A DNA stretch of 64,000 nt from Octopus sinensis (lineage: Eukaryota), in the NCBI RefSeq assembly GCF_006345805.1, contig NC_043022.1, forward strand, positions 310,001-374,000. Direction: 5' to 3'. The notes below the pieces were generated by a model. The model searched no databases. It was not told the DNA's origin and saw nothing but the letters and a program-made list of their open reading frames with translations. Position numbers and translations under genes: made by a program. Below are positions 11,400 through 23,466 of this stretch, piece after piece. The stretch's first letter is position 1, and each line of letters starts with the position of its first letter.

Positions 11400-12052
11400 A
11401 CCAAATCCTTTGTGAGCTGCTCTCCGGCTATCTATCTGCGGCTTTATATAGCTATGGTAAGACCTCACCTGGAATTTGCATCACCAATCTGGAACCCCAA
11501 TCTTGTCCAAGATATCAATCGTCTGGAAGCCGTTTAGTGACGTGCAACCAAAAGAATACCCTCCATCAGGCATTTGCCATATTCTGAACGCCTTACTTCC
11601 CTGGGCATGGATACACTGAAACTCCGACGTCTGGCAGCTGACTTGGCAGACACCCATAAAATTATTAACCATCTTACAAACAATAACTCTGAGCACCTTT
11701 TCAAACTCCACCCGTCTAACACCCGTGGACATATTTACAAAGTCAGAAAACAGCATAGCTCCCAAGACTTTCGGAAACATTTTTTCACGCTAAGAGTTGC
11801 TGAAGCATGGAACTGCCGGCATCAGTTGTTAGTTGTCGGAGCACTGCATCCTTCAAAACTTCCATGCTTCCTAAGATTCGCCAACACTACACCTGATTTT
11901 CTCCCCTCCATACACACACAAGCATCTATCTGACTCATACATTGTTCACTTCCCAGACATTTGTACATTACTGCATATTCTTTATACGCACTTTCTGACA
12001 AGTTGTGGTGCACCTGAGCACTGTATACAATAATTTCATTACTATTATTATT
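11400..12052 (+). mobile_element. CR1/L2-type LINE 3' end
   Basis: LYIAMVRPHLEFASPIWNP..LEAV..RATK..YSERL..LGMDTLKLRRL..TRGH..FFTLRV..WN motif series; ends in an (ATT)-like tail. Confidence 0.85.
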
Positions 12053-12811
12053 TTAAAATCCGGCAAACAATTTCTAGTGGGTTCAGGGTATGATGCCCAG
12101 GTTCATCAACATGATGGAAGTGCGGTAACTGTTGTTACAAAGAAGTTGAAATCTCTGCAAAAGAATTTGATAAGCTCAGAAAATATAAAGAATTCCGGAT
12201 CGAAATCGAAAAGAAGTGGCATCTCAAGACAGTTACATTACCTGTAATTGTAGGAGCAATTATTGTGTTTGCAACAGTGGATATACAATGGGACAACATG
12301 AATGTGTTGGTTTGTACAATACCAACGAATATATATATATATATATGTATGTTTTAATCAATATAGGGTAGCAAAAAATTCAATAGAAAAAATTTCTATT
12401 GAATATTTTGCTACCCTATATTGATTAATTAATGATTTTCTGACTAATTCTGAAATTAAATCAGCAGTTTATATTTGCTGCAGATAAGTTGGCGCGATTA
12501 CGGTGGTTTTGAAAATTTAGGGCAGATATTCTCTCGGCATAGACACTGCTGCCTCGTGTATATCTGCTCCTCCTGGCTTCTTTACCGATGAGACGAGCCA
12601 TTGGTAGATTGACTTGATTAAGTTTAATTTAATTTAATTAGGCTGGTTTGCCATTAAAAACGTCGAAACAATGCATTGTCTAAAAATGAAAGGGTAAATG
12701 TCTTTTAATTTTCCTTTGATTTCTGAATTACTACTACTTGGCGGTTTGTCTCCTGGCTGCTCTTTCTAGTGGTTCGAATGGCCTATTGAGGCCGTTCCTC
12801 AATGTTGTTGA

Positions 12812-12842
<31 letters not shown>

Positions 12843-13074
12843 TATGTATGTATTACATTGTCTGGGAGACTTTTCTTATAGTAGAGGAAATAGCTAAAAA
12901 TTTTTGGCTGCTATTTCTAAAAGTTCGGTGTGTGGTAAAGTAAATTTTTTTACTGAACCCTAATTATATAAAGTAATGTTTTAAATATACCGTAAATGGT
13001 CTTTTTACATACTGAACACTACTTGGTAAAATTGATAATTAATAATTAATTAATTTTACCCTTTTATCATTGAC

Positions 13075-13106
<32 letters not shown>

Positions 13107-13137
13107 GTGTGTGTGTGTGTGTATGTATGTATATATA

Positions 13138-13180
<43 letters not shown>

Positions 13181-13825
13181 TAAAATTAAATAAGGGTAGA
13201 AATTTATATTAATCAATTAAAACCAGCGGCCTAGCATATTTTAAAAACTCCGAAGATTAGAATTTTTTACATACAAAATTTAGAGGACTGACCACTAAAA
13301 TCGACACCCTGTATGCTAGATATAGACGTCAAATGGCGATTTTGACGTCTATATCTAGCATACAGGCTGTTCATTTTTAGTGGTCAGTCGTCTAAATTTT
13401 GTATATATATTTTTTTGACCTTAACCATTTGACCATGTCCCTTAGTGGCTGACGATATGTGCATCTCTGATCACGGGCAGAAGTAGTGGGGGAGCATCAT
13501 AGCCGTGTGCTGAGAAGGATTCTTTGGGGTTTGAATAATTCACCTCTGGAAATATGGGTGTTTCGTCAACATCTTTAAACAACCCTTTTTCAGGGACCTT
13601 TTGAGCGGAATGTGTTACTCGACCAGAAGAAAATTCTAACTGGGCCCCACAGCAAGGTCATGCGCTGTTTATCTTGATATTTGATTACCATGTCTTGCAC
13701 ACATGGTTGTGATGCATGTGCCTGGTGTACCCTTATCAGATAGGTAGTCTTGATGGATATACTGGGCTTCAATTATTTTTTCCAGTATCACTTTGATGGC
13801 ATGCACTGCTCTCTCACTCAATAAT

Positions 13826-13861
<36 letters not shown>

Positions 13862-14360
13862 ATTAATGATGAAAGACTTCAAACAAAGAACATGCCTCCT
13901 CATTGATATGACTGTCCCAATCGATATAAACGTATCTGTCAAGACCTACCAAAAACTGAGCAAATATAAAGATCTTGAAATAGAAATCAGCAAAATGTGG
14001 AACCTGAAGATTAAAACAATACCTCTTGTCATAGGTGCCCTGGGAATTATAGCAAAAGTGACTGATTGCTACCTAGCTCAGATAGCAGGAAACCCAAAAA
14101 TGGCAGAAATTCAAAAGATAGTGCTCATGGAAACTGCTCATATCCTATGCAAAATACTTTCTATATAACCTCAAGTTTTAAAACAAACAATTTTCTTATG
14201 GTTTCTTAAACATTCTCCAGAACAACACTATGTACAGAACCAAATATATGGCATCCTGGGCATAACACCAACATGAACTTCCAACTTGTTGTCTCTTGAG
14301 GTCTCTGGGTGAGACTTGAAGCTAACTTGTACAAATATAATGCAAAAGTCAAACATATAA

Positions 14361-14361
<1 letters not shown>
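13862..14361 (+). mobile_element. 3' fragment of a second R4/Dong-type LINE (restriction-like endonuclease end + 3'UTR)
   Basis: ORF 13866-14168 LIDMTVP..KLSKYKDLEIEISKMW..IPLVIGALG; followed by (AAT)n 14362-14420. Confidence 0.85.
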
Positions 14362-14418
<57 letters not shown>

Positions 14419-14419
14419 T

Positions 14420-17070
14420 AACGTCACAGAAAAATATTTACCTGAGATAAAAGAAAAGCTGAAGCAAGATATCCTTGCCAAAGCACAAAGGATCCGCCGG
14501 TACGAGAAACGCCAACGCTTCTTTGAACAAAAAAAGTTCAACTCGAACCCCAAAAAGTTTTACCAAGAACTTGGCAAAAATAAAAATCACTGCAGCACCA
14601 ATGGCAGAAGAAGTGGAAGAATTCTGGAGAGAAATATGGTCGGCAAACGAACAACCAAAAAAAAGGGGTATTAAAACAACGAACTCAGCATCTGAGCAAC
14701 TTTGGACCCCCATAACAACTGAAGAGGTCACCCAGGCACTGCAAAGACTAAGCAACTGGAAGGCAACTGGGCATGACAAGATCCCCAACTTGTGGCTCAA
14801 ATATGTAACAGGAATGCACAAAAAGCTGGCTGAAAATTTTAACAACATACTGGCAGAGCCAGAGACAATGCCTGAATGGCTCACGAAGATGAAAACCATC
14901 TTAATTCCCAAATCAAATGATACAGCAAAACCAGAAAACTACAGACCAATAACCTGTCTCCCTACAATGTACAAGGCATTTACTGCAGTGATATCGCAAA
15001 GGTTGAACAAGCACCTGGACGAAAACAACCTGTTTCCAGAAGAGCAGAAAGGATGCCGCAAAGGGCTCATATGGCTGTAAAGATCAACTAATGATTAATA
15101 AAGCCATAACTGAAGACAGCCACAGAAAGAAGAAAAGCCTCAGTATGGCCTGGATCGACTACAAAAAGGCGTTTGATAGCATCCCCTACACATGGATCCT
15201 CGAAACACTAGCCATTAACAAAGTAGCACCAACAATTATAAGATACATAGGGCACTCTATGAATAAATGGCAAACAGTGCTACAGCTCCAAATAAAAGAG
15301 GGACTCATGAAAACCAAAGCCATCCCCAATTAGAAGAGGAATATTCCAGGGAGATACGCTCTCTCCATTCCTTTTCTGATTGGCACTGTCACCTCTATCA
15401 GATATGCTAAATAGAACTGGATACGGATATAAATGTTACGGCAAAACCATCAGCCACCTTTTATATATGGATGACTTAAAACTATACGCTACAAATGACA
15501 AACAGCTGGAAACACTACTAAAGACAGTTCATGGATTTACCAAAGAAATAGATATGAAATTTGGATTAGAAAAATGCGCCAAAGTAGCCATGAAAAGAGG
15601 AAAACTAGTTAAGAGTAGCAACATCACACTAGATAAAACCAATGAAATAAAAGAATTAGACCAAAGCCAAACTTACAAATACTTAAGAATCCATGAACTA
15701 GATAAGACACAACACACACAAATGAAAGAGAAAATAAAAAAAGAATATTATAGACGAGTTACATCAACACTAAAAACAGAGCTCAATGCTAAAAACAAGA
15801 TAATAGGTATTAACACTTTGGCTGTCCCAGTTATAAGTTACAGCTACAATATCCTTAACTGGACACTAAATGAACTGACCAAAATAGATAGGAAAACAAG
15901 AAAAATAATGACAGGATCTAGGATGCATCACCCAAAATCTGACATAGAAAGACTATATATATACAACGTATAGAAGGTGGTAGAGGCCTTATACAGCTGG
16001 AAAACTACTATAAAATAACCACCATAGGACTACAAAAATATCCACTTCAGAAGGAAGGAAAACTGATACAAATAGCGGCAAAACACAAGCAAAACAAAAA
16101 ACTGTTCTCAGTATTTAAGGAAGCTGACAAATACAAACAAGAAATCATACCACCTAACAAATATGAAGACGAAGATGATGAAGAAACAACAAAAGCTATA
16201 AAACAAATGAAATCCAAACTAAAAATAGAACAGCAAAGAACCATGATAAAACGATGGCAAGAAAAGCCCCTTCATGGTAAATACTGGACTAAACTAAACG
16301 CAAAAGAAATAGACAAAGAAAAATCCCAGCAATGGTTGAGAAGCTCAGGACTCAAAGCAGAGACAGAGGGATTTTTAATTGCAGCACAAGACCAAAGCCT
16401 CCCCACCAGAAATTACCAAAAACATGTAATGAAAAAAATTATAAAAAGTAACTGCAGAATATGTGGAGATGGACAAGAAACAATAAATCATATTATCTCT
16501 GGCTGCCCAGTCCTGGCTAAGAAGGAATATATTCACAGACATGACAGAGTTGGAACCTACATACACTGGAAGCTATGCCAACATTATGGAATAACAACAG
16601 AAAAAATATGGTATAGGCACACACCAGAAAAGGTCACAGAAAACGAGAAAGCAACCATACTCTGGGATATGCCGATACCCACATATAGAGAAATTAAGGC
16701 TAACAGACCAGATATAGTTGTCAGAGATCGTGAAGAAAAAAATGCTTTCTAATTGATGTATCAATACCGACAGATGACAACGTGTCTCTAAAAGAAATGG
16801 AGAAACTTTCAAAATACAAAGACCTGGAAATAGAGGTAACCAGAATGTGGAATCCACAAACAGAAACAATCCCTATCATAGTAGGTGCATTAGGCATGAT
16901 AAAAAAAATATTCAGACAAATACATAACAAAACTGCACACATCCTACGCAGAACACTTTCCATACAATAACCAACAGAGCATCACAACACATCACAGCAC
17001 ATACCTAAGGCACACAGAGCTGCGCACGGTAGTGAAGTGAAAGCACGATATAAAAAATAAAACTACTGAA
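14420..17070 (+). mobile_element. 5'-truncated, frameshifted R4/Dong-clade non-LTR retrotransposon (RT + CCHC + REL endonuclease)
   Basis: YRPITCLPTMYK, EQKGCRKG, WIDYKKAFDSIP, HLLYMDDLKLY, FGLEKC, CRICG..ETINHIISGC, RHD, RPDIVV, KYKDL; flanked both sides by (AAT)n. Confidence 0.93.
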
Positions 17071-17092
17071 TAATAATAATAATAATAATAAT

Positions 17093-17123
<31 letters not shown>

Positions 17124-17231
17124 CACTTTCCATTATAAGGAGAAGGCCTGAAATTTGGGACGGGGTTAAATTCGATGACATCGCCACCAGTGTTTCATTA
17201 TAGATACTAAAAATTTCTATTTGCTTTTCAG

Positions 17232-17351
17232 ACATAAATGAATGTACATGGAGGGACCGATGCGGTACAAACGGTAGATGCAATAACACACTAGGATCTT
17301 ACAAATGTGTCTGTAACCGAGGATATCGTTGGGACGGAAGAACCTGTGTTG
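17232..17351 (+). CDS. cbEGF exon: DINECTWRDRCGTNGRCNNTLGSYKCVCNRGYRWDGRTCV
   Basis: ttttcag| and |gtaag, 120 nt, phase 1-1, DINEC..CxNxxGSY..CxC consensus. Confidence 0.92.
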
Positions 17352-17651
17352 GTAAGTAAAGGAAAACAAACAACAACACTATCAAAAACAACAATTAGCT
17401 TCTGGCTCTTATAATCCTTAGATTGTACGGCCCACATCCTTCGAAAAACACTATCACTTTAAATGTCTGAGATGTATTACCAGAAGGTATTTCGCTACTG
17501 GCCCTGCCCCTTCCTCTCCCGAAGTTTTCAGTCATACTCTAACTTCTCCCGCCCTAGGAGGCAGTAACAAACATGCAGATTAAATGTAAATAATAATAAA
17601 AATAATAACATCTTCCTGTCATATTGCAATACATATGTATTTCCTTTTCAG

Positions 17652-17768
17652 ACATCAACGAGTGTGCAATGATACGTTTAATGCATCATTACAAGTGTTA
17701 CAACACACCAGGTTCTTTTTATATTGACTGCATGGAAGGATTCCAAATGATCAAGGAAAAATGTATAG
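17652..17768 (+). CDS. 4-Cys EGF-like exon: DINECAMIRLMHHYKCYNTPGSFYIDCMEGFQMIKEKCI
   Basis: AG/GT sites, 117 nt, phase 1-1. Confidence 0.88.
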
Positions 17769-17968
17769 GTAAGTACTAAACAATAATAACAGCAACAACA
17801 ATAACAACACCAATTAGATTTCAGTCATACTCTAAGGTCTTATCCTGCACTCGCCCAGGGCGCTGGGTGTATCTCGATGAGTGATAGTAAGAATTATGCA
17901 GATTAAATGTAGACAATGATAATAATAATAGTAATAATAATAATAAAAATATAATAATGATAATAATA

Positions 17969-18019
<51 letters not shown>

Positions 18020-18026
<7 letters not shown>

Positions 18027-18135
18027 AATAACCATCAGAGCATCACAACAAATCACAGCACATACCCAAGGCACACAGAGCTGCGCTCGGTAGTGAAGTG
18101 AAAGCACGCTATAAAAATAAAACTACTGAATCATA
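18020..18135 (+). mobile_element. Very short 3'UTR-only copy of the same R4/Dong LINE
   Basis: Matches 16966-17070 (cagagcatcacaac...gtgaaagcacg.tataaaaataaaactactgaa); embedded in (AAT)n. Confidence 0.85.
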
Positions 18136-18200
18136 ATAATAATAATAATAATAATAATGTTTTTCTGTCATATTGTAATACATATGTATTTCCTTTTCAG

Positions 18201-18317
18201 ACATCAACGAGTGTGCAACGATACGTTTAATGCCTCATTACAAGTGTTACAACACACCAGGTTCTTTTTATATTGACTGCATGGAAGGATTCCAAAAGAT
18301 CAAGGAAAAGTGTATAG
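18201..18317 (+). CDS. 4-Cys EGF-like exon (duplicate): DINECATIRLMPHYKCYNTPGSFYIDCMEGFQKIKEKCI
   Basis: AG/GT sites, 117 nt, 4 nt differences from 17652-17768. Confidence 0.88.
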
Positions 18318-18849
18318 GTAAGTACTAAACAATAATAACGGTATTACAAGCATATAAGTCAGAGTGTGTGCACATACGTGTGTGTGTGTGTGCGCGGGTA
18401 CTTTTGTTACGTAGCTGATAAGTAAAAATAACAATTTAACATCCATGCTCGATGCTGGCATGTGTTGGACGGAAAGGTACGATCCGAAGGTGCTCAAGAT
18501 TGCTTTGCTTTTGTTTTTATGGGTTGATGCCGTTCCTAACAGGAACCATTTCACAGCATTTCACAGGCGCAGGAGTGACTGTGTGGTAGGTAGCCTGCTT
18601 ACTAACCACATGGCTCCGGCTTCAGTCCCACTGCGTGGCACCTTGACCAAGCGTCTTCTACTATAGCCTCGGGCCAACCAAGGCCTTGTGAGTGGATTTG
18701 GTAGACGGAAACTGAAAGAATCCCATCGTATATATGTATATATATATATATACATATATGTGTATGAAACAAATAAAAGAAAAAGAGAAGAAAAAAGAAT
18801 ATACTGTGTGTTTTTGGTAGCCTCGCTTGTGAGCTTGAAGCTAACTCTG

Positions 18850-19600
18850 GGGTCAGAGTAGAAAAGAAGTAAGAAGGAGGCAGCTCAGGGGTAAGAGATA
18901 GGGAGTTTAAGTATGTGAGAAGGGGACAGAGTTATGTAGTATCCTTAGAGAAGCAAAATCGCTACTCGTATTTTCGAAGGGATTGTGGGAATGATCGAAT
19001 GGGCCTTGAAAGTGAGATAATATACCGGTAACGAGATGTCCGTGTAGATTCACAAGGTACGAGATGGGACGAAGTGAATGTGGAGAGGAGAATTTTTTTT
19101 TGTTCCTTCTCGAGCCATGCCTGGCTTATAAGGGCCGGTTTCCTGGTTTCTTGGCGTATAGGTTCCCCACCTGGACGGGACGCCGGTCCGTCGCAGGTGA
19201 ACTGCAAGATGCAGGAAGAAAGAGTGAGAGAAAGTTGTGGTGAAAGAGTCAGCAGAAGTTTCGCCATTACCTTCTGCCGGAGCCGCGTGGAGCTTAGGTG
19301 TTTCGCTCATAAACACACACGTCGCCCGGTCTGAGATTCGAACCCGCGATCCCTCGACCGCGAGTCCGATGCTCTAACCACTAGGCCATGTGCCCCCACT
19401 GAAGAGGAGAATAGGATGAGTTGTGTTGGGGTTTGTAAGGGTCTGTATGAGGGAGCGGGATATAGGTAAGGATGGGGTGTAGGTGAACTGAAGAACATGA
19501 AAGAAGAGTTGGGGGTAATAAGGAAAATGGCAGGCAGATTCGGTGACAGCCGTAGGAATGGGGTAGGGATGAGGATATAGTGACACGTGTATAATAAGAA
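18850..19600 (-). mobile_element. Possible highly decayed Penelope-type RT fragment interrupted by a SINE-B copy
   Basis: Minus-strand peptides SPTPHPYLYP..PTQLILFSS and ..SKDTT.L..LL..PPSYFFFYSD weakly resemble PLE RT (TPxFYxLPKIHK..RPI, IKDT). Confidence 0.25.
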
Positions 19601-19666
19601 CAACAACTACAATAACAAACATAATATCAGTTCCATATTTACAATATTTCGTTTTCTAAAATTCAG

Positions 19667-19783
19667 ATATCAACGAGTGTTTAAGGAGACCGTGTCCTTC
19701 TCATGCCACATGTTACAACTACCCAGGTTCCTACATTTGTAAATGTGGACGAGGTTACCGATATAGGAATAACAAATGTCTTG
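19667..19783 (+). CDS. cbEGF exon: DINECLRRPCPSHATCYNYPGSYICKCGRGYRYRNNKCL
   Basis: attcag| and |gtaag, 117 nt, phase 1-1, six Cys. Confidence 0.92.
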
Positions 19784-19812
19784 GTAAGTAGAACTATAAA
19801 AAATCTAAACAT

Positions 19813-19976
19813 CATCATCATCATCATTTAGCGTCTACTTACCATGCTAGCATAGGTTGGACGGTTCAACTGGAGTCTGCACCAGGCCCAGTCTGATCTG
19901 GCAGTGTTTCTACGGCTGGATGCCCTTCCTAACTCCAACCACTCCGAGAGTGTAGTGGGTGCTACATATATATATA

Positions 19977-20028
<52 letters not shown>

Positions 20029-20365
20029 TTATATATATATATCATCATATCATCGTTTAGCATCCGCTTACCATGCTAGCATGGGTTGGACGGTTCAACT
20101 GGGGTCTGGGAAGACAGGAGGCTGCACCAGGCCCAGTCTGATCTGGCAGTGTTTCTACGGCTGGATGCCCTTCCAAACGCCAACCACTCCGTGGGTGTAG
20201 TGGGTATTTTTTACGTGCCACCGGCACAGGTACCAGACGAGGCTGGCAAACGGCCACAATCGGATGGTGCTTTTTACGTGCCACCGGCACGGGGGCCAGA
20301 CGAGGCTGGCAACGGCCACGAAGGGTTGGTGTTTTTACATGCCACCGGCACGGAGGCCAGTCGGC
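19813..20365 (+). mobile_element. Repeat family D ((CAT)n-tttagcgtc...catgctagcatgggttggacggttc...), two copies; others 21860-23466(-), 47160-47380(+), 51340-51735(-), 61140-61345(-)
   Basis: Recurrent sequence starting after (CAT)n. Confidence 0.75.
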
Positions 20366-21202
20366 TAAAAGTAAACATTTTAAAATCTCCTTGATTAATC
20401 AAATAGTTTGCCTTGGTTATTTAGCCCAAGGTCAGTAATGATCCAGTAGGTCTAAGGTATGTAGTTATTCAGCCGATCTAAGCAGAACGCCAGTTCTGTT
20501 ATTTCAAAGATACCACGAGTTTGATTAAACAAAGGGTCATACCGTACATCAAGGCATTGCCAGTTGCCTAGTGAGGTAATATGTACATGATATGCAGTGA
20601 CAGTAGTTAACTGATTTATAGCAGTCAATTGTATGCAGTAGAGTGCGGCATATAAAATAAACTTACAGTCGTTGATTGTATGTAGTTTAGTGTGACCGTG
20701 TTGACATGTTATACATCAAGACATATATATTTTTTTATTGCCCACAGGGGGGTAAACATAGAGAGAACAAACAAGGACAGACAAACGGATTAAGTCGATT
20801 AGATCGATCCCAGTGCATAACTGGTACTTATTTAATGGACCCCGAAAGGATGAAAAGCAAAGTCGACCTCGGCGGAATTTGAAGTCAGAACGTAATGGCA
20901 GACGAAATACCTATTTCAAGGGGCTAAACACAGAGGGGACAAACAAGGACAGACAAAGGGATTAAGTCGATTACATCGACCCCAGTGCGTAACTGGTACT
21001 TAATTTATCGACCCCGAAATGATGAAAGGCAAAGTCGACCTCGGCGGAATTCGAACTCAGAACGTAACGGCAGACGAAATACCACCAGGCAGTTCGCCCG
21101 GCGTGCTAACGATTCTATACATCAAGGCATATATTGGTTAATTGCTGCATTTGTATCTAAATAACAAACATTAATTAATGAAGTTTTAAAATTCTTCAAC
21201 AG

Positions 21203-21318
21203 ATATAAACGAGTGTAAATATAGAGGGCGCTTAACCATATATGTATCAATTCTCCCGGATCTTATGTTTGCCCTTGTCGAAAGGGCTTTGAATTATTTA
21301 ATAATCATTGTTGCGTTG
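21203..21318 (+). pseudogene. Disrupted cbEGF exon ([10 protein letters not shown][fs][28 protein letters not shown])
   Basis: 116 nt (sister exons 117); 1-nt frameshift near 21232; donor reads ATAAGT instead of GTAAGT. Confidence 0.8.
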
Positions 21319-21859
21319 ATAAGTTAATCCTTTCAATATATTTTAATACACACACACACACACACAACACACACACACAAGTACACAAATTCATCGTCTT
21401 CAATACCAACTTGAACAGCATCTCCTCCGTCCAGCAATCTATTATCAGAAAGCCCACTATCTCTTCCTTCTGATTTGTTTTTGCTATCTTTGATCCTAAA
21501 GGAGCCTTCTGTTTATACTCACAAATCTGTGCATTCTTCGCCCTATTCAGGCCATGCAAGGTTACTGTTTCTCCATTGTAATGTAACGTTACCATTACAT
21601 CAAAAGCCACCCACCTCCGTGCAGGCTTTGAACGTACTAAAATTTTCTTTAGTCCACATTTAATATATAGGAGGAAAAATACTCCACAGCTTTAGCAAGA
21701 TATGTCTGGATATTGAAAGAAACCACAACGCAACATAGCATCAAGTGGAGACTGCTAGAGAAGTGCAGACCTTCCAGTATATCAGTGGTAGGTGCAGTCT
21801 CTATATAACACATGAACGAAGTATATAGAATGAATCCGTTAGCCCAGGGACATACCATC

Positions 21860-21947
21860 AACGTAATTATAAAATCATCTGGTTGGCTAGGCATAGATAT
21901 ATGAATCGGTTCTGCCTATATTCACGTATATTTTTCCATATATATAA

Positions 21948-21997
<50 letters not shown>

Positions 21998-23466
21998 AAA
22001 AAAATAGATGAACATCAATGGAATTTGTATCTTTGTGGTACCAGTGCCGGTGGCACACAAGAGAAAACCATCCGAAAGTGGCCGTAGCCAGTACCGCATC
22101 GACTGGCCTCCGTGCTGTGGGCACATGACAAACACCATCCGATCGTGGCCGTTCGCCAGCCTCATCTAGCACCTGTGTCGGTGGCACATAAAAACACCAT
22201 CCGAAGACCCGGCAAGACTAGTCAGGCCATAACCCATGGCCCCTACCTGGGACGTAGTCAGTCCACCTGTGCATACCTTCCTTCTTGTGACACTTGTGAA
22301 GACCTGTTGAGGCAAGTGAAAATCAAAATCAAAATCAAAACAAATCAAAATAGATGAACATCAATGGAATCTGTATCTTTGTGGTACCAGTGCCGGTGGC
22401 ACACAAGAGAACCATCCGAACGTGTCCGTAGCCAGTTCCGCATTGACCGGCCTCCGTGCTGTGGGCACGTAACAAACACCATCCGATCATGGCCGTTCAC
22501 CAGCCTCATCTGGCACCTGTGTCGGTGGCACATAAAAACACCTTCCGAAGACCCGGCAAGACTAGTCAGTCCACCTGTGCATACCTTCCTCTTGTGACAC
22601 CTGTGAAGACCGGTTGAGGCAAGTGAAAATCAAATCAAATCAAATCAAATCAAAATAGACAAATAGATGAACATCAATGGAATTTGTATCTTGTGGTACC
22701 AGTGCCTGTGGCACACAAGAAATCCATCAGTGCTGTAGTCAGTGCGGTGGGCACATGACAAACCCCATCCAATCGTGGCCGTTCGCCAGCCTCGTCTAGC
22801 ACCTGTGTCGGTGGCACATAAAAACACCATCCGAAGACCCGGCAAGACTAGTCAGGCCATAACCCATGGCCCCTACCTGGGACGTAGTCAGTCCACCTGT
22901 GCATACCTTCCTTCTTGTGACACTTGTGAAGACCTGTTGAGGCAAGTGAAAATCAAATCAAAACAAATCAAAATAGATGAACATCAATGGAATTTGTATC
23001 CTTGTGGTACCAGTGCCGGTGGTACGTGGCACACAAGAAAACCATCCGAACGTGGCCGTAGCCAGTACCGCATCGACTGGCCTCTGTGCTGTGGGCACGT
23101 AACAAGCACCATCCGATCGTGGCCGTTTTGCCAGCCTCATCTGGCACCTGTGTCGGTGGCACATAAAAACACCATCCGAGCGTGGCCGTCTGCCAGCCTC
23201 GTCTGGCACCTGTGTCGGTGGCACATAAAAACACCATCCGAGCGTGGCCGTTTTGCCAGCCTCGTCTGGCACCTGTGTCGGTGGCACATAAAATCACCCA
23301 CTACACTCTCGGAGTGGTTGGCGTTAGGAAGGGCATCCAGCTGTAGAAACACTGCCAGATCTGACTGGACTGGTGCAGCTTTCGGGCTCCCCAGACCCCA
23401 GTTGAACCGTCCAACCCATGCTAGCATGGAAAGCGGACGTTAAATGATGATGATGATGATGATGAT
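21860..23466 (-). repeat. Family-D element expanded into a tandem array (~4 x 310-345-bp units plus 3 x ~64-bp subrepeats)
   Basis: aaatagatgaacatcaatggaat.tgtatc recurs at ~22003, 22348, 22661, 22971. Confidence 0.88.

Noticed and set aside
21860-23443. ORFs of 100-233 aa with Cys/His-rich repeats
   Set aside because: They overlap in several frames on both strands of a tandemly amplified repeat and show no domain signature
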